A DNA stretch of 64,000 bases from Burkholderiales bacterium (GTDB lineage: Bacteria; Pseudomonadota; Gammaproteobacteria; Burkholderiales; SG8-39). The stretch is taken from the NCBI GenBank assembly GCA_036406675.1, contig DASXAO010000047.1, forward strand, positions 4,513 through 68,512. The letters are read 5' to 3'. Below are positions 25,894 through 36,407 of this stretch, piece after piece (position 1 is the stretch's first letter; every line of letters begins with the position of its first letter). The notes beneath the pieces were generated by a model. It saw nothing but the letters and a program-made list of their open reading frames with translations. It did not search any database and was not told the DNA's origin. The position numbers and the translations under genes are program-made.

Positions 25894-27780
25894 ATGTTCG
25901 ATTTTGTCCATAAGAACAAGCGCATCATCCAGATCTTTCTGGGCCTGATCGCGCTCACCTTCGCGACCTGGGGAATCGAGTCGTACACGCGCATGGCCGG
26001 CGGGCGCGACACGGTCGCGAAGGTCAACGGGCTCGAGATTTCGGCCCGCGACTTCGACGAGGAGCTGCGTCGGCGCAACGACCAGCTGCGCCAGGCGCTC
26101 GGCGCCAACTTCGACCCGTCGCAGTTCGACACGCCGGAGATGCGCCGCGGCGTGCTCGAATCGCTCGTGTCGCAGCGCGTGATCGCTTCAGCCGCGTACA
26201 GCGCGCACCTCACCGTGACCGACGACGCGCTGATCGACGCGATCCACTCGATCGGCGCGTTCAAGGGACCCGACGGCTCTTTCTCCAAGAGCGCCTACGA
26301 GACCGCGCTGAGCCAGCAGAACCCGCCGATGTCGCCGGCGCAGTTTGAAAGCCGGCTGCGCTACGACCTCGCGCTTACGCAGCTCTCGCGCGCGGTCGGC
26401 GAGTCGGCGATCGCCTCGCGCACCGTGGCCGAGCGCATGGGCGCGCTCGAGACCCAGGGCCGCGAGATCTCGGAATTCCGCATTCCCGTCGAGCAGTTCC
26501 TGCCGCAAGCGAAGATCGACGACGCGAAGGTCAAGGCCTTCTACGACGCGAATCAGGCGCAGTTCCAGACCCCCGAGCGCATCCGCGCCGAGTACGTGGT
26601 GCTCTCGGCGCAGGCGATCGCCGACCAGGAGCAGGTGAAGCCGGAGGAGGTGCGCGCGCAGTGGGAGAGCGCCTACGGACCGAAGCTGCGCGAGAAGGAG
26701 GCGGCGCGGAAGCACGCCGAGGCGATCGACGCGGAGGTGCGCAAGAATCCGGCGAGCTTCGCCGAGGTGGCGAAGAAGGAATCGCAGGATCCCGGCAGCA
26801 AGGACGCCGGCGGCGACCTCGGCTTCGCGCCGCGCGGCAGCTTCGTCAAGCCCTACGAGGACGCGCTCTGGCGGCTGAAGGAGGGCCAGATCTCCGACGT
26901 GGTGGAGAGCGAGTTCGGCTTTCACGTCATCCAGCTCACCGGCGTGCGCAAGCACGACGGCAAGGAGGAGCGCCGCTCGAGCCACATCCTCATCCCCGCG
27001 CCGGCGGAGGCCAAGCCGTTCGAGGCGATGCGCGGCCAAGTCGAGGCCGAGCTGAAGAAGAGCCGCGCGCAGCGCAGCTTCAGCGAGGCGGCCGACGCGT
27101 TCCAGAACATGGTCTACGAGCAGCCCGACAGCCTGAAGCCGGCGGCCGAGCGCTTCAAGCTCAAGATCGAGACGAGCGGCTGGCTCACGCGCGCGGGCGG
27201 CGAGCAGCGCGGGCCGCTCGACAACCGCAAGCTCCTCGCGGCGCTGTTCTCGTCCGACGCGCTGAACAACAAGCGCAACACCGACGCCATCGAGGTCGCG
27301 ACGGGCACGCTGGTCGCGGCCCGCGTGGTCGAGCACCAGCCGGCCGCGCAGCGCAAGCTCGAAGAGGTGAAGGACCAGATCGCCGCGATGCTGCAGCGGC
27401 AGGAGGCGGCGGAGCTGGCGCGCAAAGACGGCGAGGCGAAGCTCGCCGAGCTGCGCAAGGGCGGCGCGGCGGGCGTCAAGTGGGGCGCGTCGATGACCGT
27501 GTCGCGGCGCGATCCGCAGAAGCTTCCGGGCGGCGTGCTGCGTTCGGTGATGGCGGCCGACACCTCGAAGCTCCCGGCCTACGTCGGCCTGCCGGCCGGC
27601 GAGGCGGGCTATTTGCTGGTGCGCGTCTCCAAGGTCGTGGAAGGCGATCCGAAGCAGGCCGGCGATCCGATGCCGCGCGCCGTAAGCCTCGCCGGCGCGG
27701 CGCAATTCGAGGCCTACCTGGAGAGCCTGCGCAAGCAGGCCGACATCTCGGTCAACCCGGGGAATCTGGAGAAGAAGTAG
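25894..27780 (+). CDS. ppiD: Periplasmic chaperone / peptidyl-prolyl isomerase PpiD
   Basis: N-terminal anchor MFDFVHKNKRIIQIFLGLIALTFATWG, SurA_N-like region, and a parvulin block (SQDPGSKDAGGDLGF..FGFHVIQL). Confidence 0.88.
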   Translation: MFDFVHKNKRIIQIFLGLIALTFATWGIESYTRMAGGRDTVAKVNGLEISARDFDEELRRRNDQLRQALGANFDPSQFDTPEMRRGVLESLVSQRVIASAAYSAHLTVTDDALIDAIHSIGAFKGPDGSFSKSAYETALSQQNPPMSPAQFESRLRYDLALTQLSRAVGESAIASRTVAERMGALETQGREISEFRIPVEQFLPQAKIDDAKVKAFYDANQAQFQTPERIRAEYVVLSAQAIADQEQVKPEEVRAQWESAYGPKLREKEAARKHAEAIDAEVRKNPASFAEVAKKESQDPGSKDAGGDLGFAPRGSFVKPYEDALWRLKEGQISDVVESEFGFHVIQLTGVRKHDGKEERRSSHILIPAPAEAKPFEAMRGQVEAELKKSRAQRSFSEAADAFQNMVYEQPDSLKPAAERFKLKIETSGWLTRAGGEQRGPLDNRKLLAALFSSDALNNKRNTDAIEVATGTLVAARVVEHQPAAQRKLEEVKDQIAAMLQRQEAAELARKDGEAKLAELRKGGAAGVKWGASMTVSRRDPQKLPGGVLRSVMAADTSKLPAYVGLPAGEAGYLLVRVSKVVEGDPKQAGDPMPRAVSLAGAAQFEAYLESLRKQADISVNPGNLEKK

Positions 27781-28564
27781 CCCCCAGCATCCCGCCTACG
27801 ACCTGGCTGAAGCCGGAGTCGACGTAGAGGATCTCCCCGGTCACGGCCGAGGCGAGCTCGGAGAGCAGGAACGCCGCCACGTTGCCGACCTCGTCGATGG
27901 TCACGTTGCGCCGCAGGGGTGCGTGCTCCTCGACGAACTTCAGGATCTTGCCGAAGCCCGAGATGCCGGCCGCGGCCAGCGTCTTGATCGGGCCGGCCGA
28001 GATGCCGTTGACGCGGATGCCGCGCGGGCCGAGGTTCGACGCGAGATAGCGCACCGCCGCCTCGAGGCTCGCCTTGGCGAGCCCCATGGCGTTGTAGTGC
28101 GGCACCACGCGGACCGACCCGAGGTAGGTGAGGGTGACGAGCGAGGCCTTGCGGCCTTCCATCATCGGCAGCGCGGCTCTGGCCAGCGCCGGAAAGCTGT
28201 AGGCCGAGATGTCGTGCGCCTGCGCGAAGGCCTCGCGCGAGAGCCCGTCGAGCAGCTCCCCGGCGATCGCCTCGCGCGGCGCGAACGCGATGGCGTGGAC
28301 CAGGCCGTCCAGCCCGTCCCAATGGCTTCCGAGCTGCTCGAAAAGCGACTTGATTTCCGCGTCGCTCGTGACTTCGCATTGCAGGGCGATCTTCGAGCCG
28401 AGCTCCTGCGCCATCTCGGTCACGCGGTCCTTGAAGCGCTCGTTCTGGTAGGTGAGCGCGATCTCGGCGCCTTCGCGCCGCGCCGCCCTGGCGATGCCGT
28501 AGGCGATCGAGCGGTTGGAAAGCACGCCCGTGACCAGGATCTTCCTGCCCGCGAGGAACCCCAT
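27752..28564 (-). CDS. fabI: Enoyl-[acyl-carrier-protein] reductase (NADH) FabI
   Basis: ATG at 28564 inside the 907-codon ORF 27752..30475. GFLAGRKILVTGVLSNRSIAYGIA, YNAMGLAKASLEA (Y-x6-K), NGISAGPIKTLAA. Its 3' end overlaps ppiD by 29 nt (convergent). Confidence 0.9.
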   Translation of the reverse strand: MGFLAGRKILVTGVLSNRSIAYGIARAARREGAEIALTYQNERFKDRVTEMAQELGSKIALQCEVTSDAEIKSLFEQLGSHWDGLDGLVHAIAFAPREAIAGELLDGLSREAFAQAHDISAYSFPALARAALPMMEGRKASLVTLTYLGSVRVVPHYNAMGLAKASLEAAVRYLASNLGPRGIRVNGISAGPIKTLAAAGISGFGKILKFVEEHAPLRRNVTIDEVGNVAAFLLSELASAVTGEILYVDSGFSQVVGGMLGATSSPDSPG

Positions 28565-28585
28565 GCGTTTGATTATACTGGTCGC

Positions 28586-30730
28586 TTGCGCTTCCTCCTG
28601 ATCCTCCTCGCCGTTTTCTCGGCGCTGGCCGCCGGGTGCGGCGAGGTCTGGAACGATCCGTATCCTGCCGACGAGCGCGGCAAGAACATCCTGTACAGCT
28701 TTTTCGCGGAGCGGCCCAAGCACCTCGACCCGGTGCAGTCCTATACCGAGGACGAGGCGCGTTTCACGCAGCAGGTGTACGAGCCGCTGCTGCAGTATCA
28801 CTACCTCAAGCGCCCCTACGAGCTCATTCCGTTGACCACCGTCGAGGTGCCGAAGCCGCGCTCCGTCGACGGCGGCAAGTTCAGCGTGTACGAGATCCGC
28901 ATCAAGCCCGGCATCCGCTACCAGCCGCACCCGGCTTTTGTTGCGGCCAATCTTTCCCTGCCTCGGGGGAAGATCGACGCATTGAAAAGCCCGTACCAGC
29001 TTCCCACGGGCGCGCGCGAGCTGGTCGCCGACGACTACATCTACCAGATCAAGCGCCTCGCCCATCCGCGGCTGCATTCGCCGATCTTCGGGCTGATGGC
29101 CGAGCACATCGTGGGCATGGCCGATTTCGCGAAGACGTTGCAGCGCGCCGCCCGGACGCCGGGCTGGCTCGACCTCAGAAGCTACGGCTTGAAGGGCGTC
29201 GAGCGGGTCGACGCGCACACGTTCCGCGTCATCCTGAACGGCGCCTACCCGCAGTTCGTCTACTGGCTCGCCATGCCGTTCTTTGCGCCGGTTCCCTGGG
29301 AGGCGGACCAGTTTTTCTCCCAGCCCGGGATGGCCGAGAAGAACTTCAGCCTCGACTGGTGGCCGGTCGGCACCGGCCCGTACATGCTCACCGAGAACAA
29401 TCCGAACGCGCGCATGGTGCTCGAGCGCAATCCGAACTTCCACGGCGAGACCTATCCCGGCGAAGGCGAGCCCGGGGACGCAGCCGCCGGCCTGCTCGCC
29501 GACGCGGGCAAGCCGGTGCCGTTCATCGACAAGGTGGTGTTCAGCCGCGAGAAGGAGAGCATTCCCTACTGGAACAAGTTCCTGCAGGGCTACTACGACG
29601 TTTCGGCGATCGCCTCCGACGTCTTCGACCAGGCGGTGCGCGTCTCGATCGAAGGCGACTCGAGCGTGAGCCCGGAAATGGAAGCGAAAGGCATCCGGCT
29701 CACCACGTCGGTCGCGGCCTCGACCGGCTACCTGGCGTTCAACTGGGAAGACCCGGTGGTCGGCGGACAGAAATCGGGCGAGGCGGCCGAGCGCGCGCGC
29801 AAGCTGCGCCAGGCGATCTCGATCGCCTTCGACGTCGAGGAGCAGATCACGATCTTCGCCAACGGCCGCGGCATCGCGGCGCAGGGGCCGATCGCCCCCG
29901 GCATCTTCGGCTACGTCGAGGGCAGGCAGGGCATCAACCCCGTGGTGTACGACTGGGCGGGCGACAAGCCGCAAAGAAAGCCGCTCGACACGGCGAAGAA
30001 GCTCCTCGCCGAGGCGGGGTACCCGAACGGGCGCGACGCGCGCACCGGCCAGCCGCTGGTCCTCTACCTCGATACCGTGGCGCGCGGGCCGGGCGACAAG
30101 GCGGCGTTCGACTGGATGCGGCAGCAGTTCGAGAAGCTCTCGCTGCAGCTCGAGATCCGCGCGACCGACTGGAACCGCTTCCAGGAAAAGATCCGCAAGG
30201 GCACGACGCAGCTCTTCCGCCTGGGCTGGAACGCCGACTATCCCGACCCGGAGAATTTCCTGTTCCTGCTGTACGGGCCGCAGAGCCGCGCCAAGTCGCA
30301 GGGCGAGAACGCGTCGAACTACGCCAACCCCGAGTTCGACGCCCTGTTCGAGAAGATGAAGAACATGCCGAACTCGCCCGAGCGCCAGCGCGTCATCGAC
30401 CGCATGGTGGAGATCGCGCGCCGCGACGCGCCGTGGATCTGGGGCATCCACCCCAAGGAATACAGCCTGCGCCACTCGTGGCTCTCGAACGACAAGCCGA
30501 ACAACATGGCGCGCAACAACATCAAGTACCTCAGGCTCGACGTCGACAAGCGCGCCGCGCTGCGCCGCGAGTGGAACCAGCCGCTGCTCTGGCCAGCAGG
30601 CCTGATCCTGCTCGTCCTGATCGCCTCGGCGATCCCGGCGGTGGTGAGCTACCGCCGGCGCGAGCGCATGGCAGCAAGACCAAAATCGGGGTCAGACCCC
30701 GATTTCCAGACCCGAGAAATCGGGGTCTGA
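28586..30730 (+). CDS. ABC transporter substrate-binding protein, family 5 (YejA/Opp/Dpp-like), lipoprotein with extra C-terminal TM helix
   Basis: In-frame TTG at 28586 gives (M)RFLLILLAVFSALAAGC (lipobox). A large SBP_bac_5-like body follows. The C-terminus is LLWPAGLILLVLIASAIPAVVSYRRRE and a tail encoded by the hairpin repeat. Confidence 0.8.
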   Translation: MRFLLILLAVFSALAAGCGEVWNDPYPADERGKNILYSFFAERPKHLDPVQSYTEDEARFTQQVYEPLLQYHYLKRPYELIPLTTVEVPKPRSVDGGKFSVYEIRIKPGIRYQPHPAFVAANLSLPRGKIDALKSPYQLPTGARELVADDYIYQIKRLAHPRLHSPIFGLMAEHIVGMADFAKTLQRAARTPGWLDLRSYGLKGVERVDAHTFRVILNGAYPQFVYWLAMPFFAPVPWEADQFFSQPGMAEKNFSLDWWPVGTGPYMLTENNPNARMVLERNPNFHGETYPGEGEPGDAAAGLLADAGKPVPFIDKVVFSREKESIPYWNKFLQGYYDVSAIASDVFDQAVRVSIEGDSSVSPEMEAKGIRLTTSVAASTGYLAFNWEDPVVGGQKSGEAAERARKLRQAISIAFDVEEQITIFANGRGIAAQGPIAPGIFGYVEGRQGINPVVYDWAGDKPQRKPLDTAKKLLAEAGYPNGRDARTGQPLVLYLDTVARGPGDKAAFDWMRQQFEKLSLQLEIRATDWNRFQEKIRKGTTQLFRLGWNADYPDPENFLFLLYGPQSRAKSQGENASNYANPEFDALFEKMKNMPNSPERQRVIDRMVEIARRDAPWIWGIHPKEYSLRHSWLSNDKPNNMARNNIKYLRLDVDKRAALRREWNQPLLWPAGLILLVLIASAIPAVVSYRRRERMAARPKSGSDPDFQTREIGV

Positions 30731-30734
30731 CCCC
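30682..30734. repeat. Two copies of a GGGGTC(A/T)GACCCC hairpin repeat (REP-like)
   Basis: AAAATCGGGGTCAGACCCCGATTT at 30682-30705 has perfect 11-bp arms. GAAATCGGGGTCTGACCCC at 30716-34 is a truncated copy with the opposite central base. A further copy lies at 41146-41168. Confidence 0.8.
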
Positions 30735-31712
30735 ATGCTCGCCTACGTCGTGCGCCGCGTGCTGTACGCGATTCCGATCCTGATCGGGGTCAACCTGGTC
30801 ACGTTCCTGCTGTTCTTCGTGGTGAACACGCCCGACGACATGGCGCGCATGCAGCTCGGCGCCAAGCGGGTGACCCCCGAGGCGATCGAGAAGTGGAAGG
30901 CGGAGCGCGGATACGACAGGCCCCTGCTGTGGAATTCCCAGGGGAAAGGGGCCGGGGCGCTGACCGACACCATCTTCTTCCAGAAATCGGTGCGCCTCTT
31001 CGCCTTCGACTTCGGCGCCGCCGAAGATCAGCGCAACATCGCGAGCGAGATCCGCGCGCGCATGTGGCCGAGCCTGGCGCTCGCCGTCCCGGTGATGCTG
31101 GTGGGGCTCGCCGTAAACATCACCTTCGCCCTCTTCATGGCGTTCTTCCGCGCCACCTACCTCGACTTCTGGGGCGTGGTGCTGTGCGTGGCGATGATGT
31201 CGATCTCGACGCTCTTCTACATCATCGGCGGGCAGTACGTCGCCTCGAAGCTCTGGCACCTGGTGCCGATTTCCGGCTACGACGGCGGCTTCGACGCGGC
31301 CCGGTTCCTCGCCCTGCCGGTGCTGATCGGCGTGATCGGCGGCATCGGCTCGGGCGGGCGCTGGTACCGCACCCTGTTCCTCGAGGAGATGGGGCGCGAC
31401 TACGTGCGCACCGCGCGCGCCAAGGGGCTGGCGGAGTCCGCGGTCCTGTTCCGCCACGTGCTGAAGAACGCGATGATCCCGATCCTCACCGGCGTGGTGG
31501 TGGTGATCCCGCTGCTCTTCATGGGCAGCCTGCTGTCGGAGTCGTTCTTCGGCATCCCGGGCCTGGGCAGCTACACCATCGACGCGATCCAGGCGCAGGA
31601 CTTCTCGGTGGTGCGCTCGATGGTGTTCATCGGATCGGTGCTCTACATCCTGGGTCTGCTGCTGACCGATCTCTCCTACACGCTGGTCGACCCGCGGATC
31701 AAGCTGCAGTAG
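30735..31712 (+). CDS. ABC transporter permease (YejB/DppB-like)
   Basis: MLAYVVRRVLYAIPILIGVNLVTFLLF is the typical N-terminus. EAA-loop region DYVRTARAKGL. Confidence 0.88.
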   Translation: MLAYVVRRVLYAIPILIGVNLVTFLLFFVVNTPDDMARMQLGAKRVTPEAIEKWKAERGYDRPLLWNSQGKGAGALTDTIFFQKSVRLFAFDFGAAEDQRNIASEIRARMWPSLALAVPVMLVGLAVNITFALFMAFFRATYLDFWGVVLCVAMMSISTLFYIIGGQYVASKLWHLVPISGYDGGFDAARFLALPVLIGVIGGIGSGGRWYRTLFLEEMGRDYVRTARAKGLAESAVLFRHVLKNAMIPILTGVVVVIPLLFMGSLLSESFFGIPGLGSYTIDAIQAQDFSVVRSMVFIGSVLYILGLLLTDLSYTLVDPRIKLQ

Positions 31713-33064
31713 ATGCTCTCGCCGCTGCCGACCGATTTCCTGCTGTGGCTGCTGGTCGGCGCCGCGGCGCTCTACGCCTGGTACTGCGGCCGCAGGCCGC
31801 ATCTCGCCGCGCCGTGGAAGCGCGTGTTCCAGTCGCGAGCCGCGGTGGTTTCGGCGGTGATCCTCGCCGGCTACCTGCTGATCGGCTTCACCGACTCGCT
31901 GCACTACCGGCCGCGGCTCGCGCAGTCCGGAACCGACGTCACCTACTCGCCGGAAGTCCTGTCGGTTCTCGACCTCGCGCTTTCGCCGCTGCGCCAGCGG
32001 CGCGAGCGCACCTATTCCGCGCCGCTCGCGACGCGCCTGTACTCCAAGGAGCAGATGCAGGTCGACGGCAAGACGGTGCGCGACTTCCCGCGGCTCGCCT
32101 ACGGCGGCGCGCACCTGAAGGACGAAGCCGACCGGGCCGGCGACGTGGCGCTGCGCATCGGATTGGGGTTGCTGTGCACCGGTTTTCTCTCCTTTCTCAT
32201 TGTGTTTCTTGTCAGAAGATTGAAGCGCGCAAGCCCCGAAGTCCCCTGGCAGGCGGCGGGCGTCACGTTCGGCGTGCTCGCCGCCATTGCGCTGCCGGTC
32301 GCGTTCCTCGCCGGCGGCTACCATGTCCTCGGCACCGACAAGGTCGGCCAGGACGTGCTCTACCAGGCGCTGAAATCGATCCGCATCAGCCTGATCATCG
32401 GCACCGTGACCACGCTGGTGCTGCTGCCGGTCGGGGCGGCCCTCGGCATCATGGCGGGCTACTTCAAGGGGTGGGTCGACGACGCGATCCAGTACCTCTA
32501 CACCACCCTCAACTCGATCCCGGGCGTGCTGTTGATCGCCGCCGCGGTGCTCATGATGCAGGTGGTGATCGACCGGTACTCGGATCTCTTTCCGACCGCG
32601 GCGCTGCGCGCCGACGTGCGCCTGCTCGTGCTGTGCGCGATCCTCGGGCTCACCAGCTGGACCGGCCTCGCGCGCCTCCTGCGCGGCGAATCGCTCAAGC
32701 TTTCCCAGCTCGAGTACATCCAGGCGGCGCACGCCTTCGGCGTGCGCGATTCGCGCGTCCTCACGCGCCACATCCTGCCCAACGTCGCGCACATCGTGAT
32801 CATCGCGACGGTGATGGACTTTTCCGGCTTCGTGCTCGCCGAGGCGGTGCTGTCGTACGTCGGCGTGGGGGTCGATCCCGCCACCACCAGCTTCGGCACG
32901 ATGATCAACGCCGCGCGCCTGGAGATGGGCCGCGAGCCGATCGTCTGGTGGTCGCTCGCCGCGGCGTTCGTGTTCATGTTCGCGCTGGTGCTGGCGGCGA
33001 ACCTCTTCGCCGACGCCGTGCGCGACGGCTTCGATCCGCGGGTGCGCATGGGTTTCGTCCCGGC

Positions 33065-33068
<4 letters not shown>
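31713..33068 (+). CDS. ABC transporter permease (YejE/DppC-like, long N-terminal extension)
   Basis: ATG immediately after the upstream TAG. BPD_transp_1 core with ..EYIQAAHAFGV.. EAA-like loop. Confidence 0.85.
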
Positions 33069-34876
<1,808 letters not shown>

Positions 34877-34886
34877 AGTAAGCAGC

Positions 34887-36407
34887 CTAACGTACTGCTT
34901 GTTTGTAAGTTTTGGCCTTTGCCTTTGCTCGCTTGGTCTTCTTGGCTGACGCGCGCACTTCCACCGCGACCTTCGTCCCGGGCGCGAACCGCACGCCGGC
35001 GTTCCAGCGCTTCATGTCTTCCACCGCGACGCCGTAGCGCTTCGCGATCGAGGTCAGCGTCTCGCCCGGCTTCACGGTGTGGTAGATGCGGCGCGTGACG
35101 ACCGGGATGGGCGGCGCGTACATGAGCGGGAGCTTGTGAGTCTCCACCGCCGCCGCGGCCGGGCTCGAAGGCACCACCAGGAGATTCGGCACGATGCGCG
35201 TGCGCGGCGCGATGCCGTTCACCTCCTTCAGCTGTCCGACCGACATGCCGGACTTCTTCGCGATCGACTCGAAGGTGTCGCCTTTCTTCGGGTGGTAGGT
35301 CTTCCACGACACCAGCGCTCCGGCGTTGTATTTCTCCAGGTTGTCGTGGAAGACGTCGACCTTGTCGGCCGGCAGCACGATCCGCGGGGTGACCGCGGCG
35401 CGGATGATCGGCCGGCTGAAGCCGGGATTGAGCGCGATGAACTCCTCGACCGGCATCTCGGCGAGCTTGGCGGCGAGCCGCACGTCGATGTCGCGCAGCT
35501 TGGTGACGGTGGCGAAGTAGGGCTGGTTCGGGATCGGGTCGAGCGTGATGCCGAGGGGTCCCGGGTTGGCGATGATGTTCTTCAGCGCCTGCAGCTTCGG
35601 CACGTACTGCCGCGTCTCGGCAGGCATCTTCAGGCTGGCGTAGTCGGTGGGCTTGCCGGCCTTGCGGTTCTGCGCGATGGCGCGCGCGACCGCGCCCTCG
35701 CCCCAGTTGTACGAGGCGAGGGCGAGATGCCAGTCGCCGTGCATCTCGTAGAGGAAGGTGAGGTAGTCGAGCGCCGCCTTGGTCGACTCGACGATGTCGC
35801 GCCGGCCGTCGTACCACCAGTTCTGCTGCAGCTCGAAGCGCCGGCCGGTGCCGGGAATGAACTGCCACAGCCCGGAGGCGTGGGCTCGCGAGTACGCCAT
35901 CGGGTTGAACGCGCTCTCGACCATCGGCAGCAGCGCAAGCTCGGTGGGAAGGTTGCGCTTCTCGAGCTCGTCGACGATGTGGTAGAGGTAGATGCGGCTG
36001 CGGTCGAACATGCGCTGGAGGTATTCGGGGCGCGAGGCGTAGTAGGCCGTCTGCTTGCGCACCAGGTCGTTGTCGAGGTCGGGCATGGCGAAGCCCTGGC
36101 GCACGCGCTGCCAGAGATCGTCGGCCTGCGCGGTGCGGTCGACCTTGCGCACCCCGCGCAGCGGCTCGGCGATCTCGTGGCGCTCGCCCTCGAACGGCGG
36201 CAGCTTCGCCGTGTCGAGCACGCCGCTCCCCGCTGCCGGCTGGGCTGGCTGGACTGGGGCGGGCTTGGGATTCGCGGCTGGAGGCTGGGCGGACGGCTGG
36301 GACGCGGCGGGGATGTTTTGCGGCTTGGGCTCGGGCGGCGGGGGCGGCGTGCTGGCGCAGGCCTGGACCAGCAGGGCCGCGGCGGCCGCGAACGCGCGCT
36401 TCGTCAT
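34887..36407 (-). CDS. mltD: Membrane-bound lytic murein transglycosylase D-like lipoprotein, copy 1 (SLT domain + 2 LysM)
   Basis: Lipobox LLVQAC, Pro-rich linker, LPMVESAFNPMAYSRAHASGLWQFIPGTG (catalytic Glu). LysM x2 (GDTFESIAKKSGMSVGQLKEVN; GETLTSIAKRYGVAVEDMKRWN). Lys-rich tail. Confidence 0.88.
   Translation of the reverse strand: MTKRAFAAAAALLVQACASTPPPPPEPKPQNIPAASQPSAQPPAANPKPAPVQPAQPAAGSGVLDTAKLPPFEGERHEIAEPLRGVRKVDRTAQADDLWQRVRQGFAMPDLDNDLVRKQTAYYASRPEYLQRMFDRSRIYLYHIVDELEKRNLPTELALLPMVESAFNPMAYSRAHASGLWQFIPGTGRRFELQQNWWYDGRRDIVESTKAALDYLTFLYEMHGDWHLALASYNWGEGAVARAIAQNRKAGKPTDYASLKMPAETRQYVPKLQALKNIIANPGPLGITLDPIPNQPYFATVTKLRDIDVRLAAKLAEMPVEEFIALNPGFSRPIIRAAVTPRIVLPADKVDVFHDNLEKYNAGALVSWKTYHPKKGDTFESIAKKSGMSVGQLKEVNGIAPRTRIVPNLLVVPSSPAAAAVETHKLPLMYAPPIPVVTRRIYHTVKPGETLTSIAKRYGVAVEDMKRWNAGVRFAPGTKVAVEVRASAKKTKRAKAKAKTYKQAVR

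Noticed and set aside
27752-27780. 29-nt convergent overlap between the ppiD and fabI 3' ends.
   Set aside because: Both stops are fixed by the sequence and both proteins look complete. I treat it as compact genome organisation rather than a distinct feature.
27752-30475. A 907-aa minus-strand ORF that could be read as one giant protein.
   Set aside because: Only its last 270 codons are FabI, with a clean ATG at 28564. The rest is antisense to the well-supported substrate-binding protein gene.
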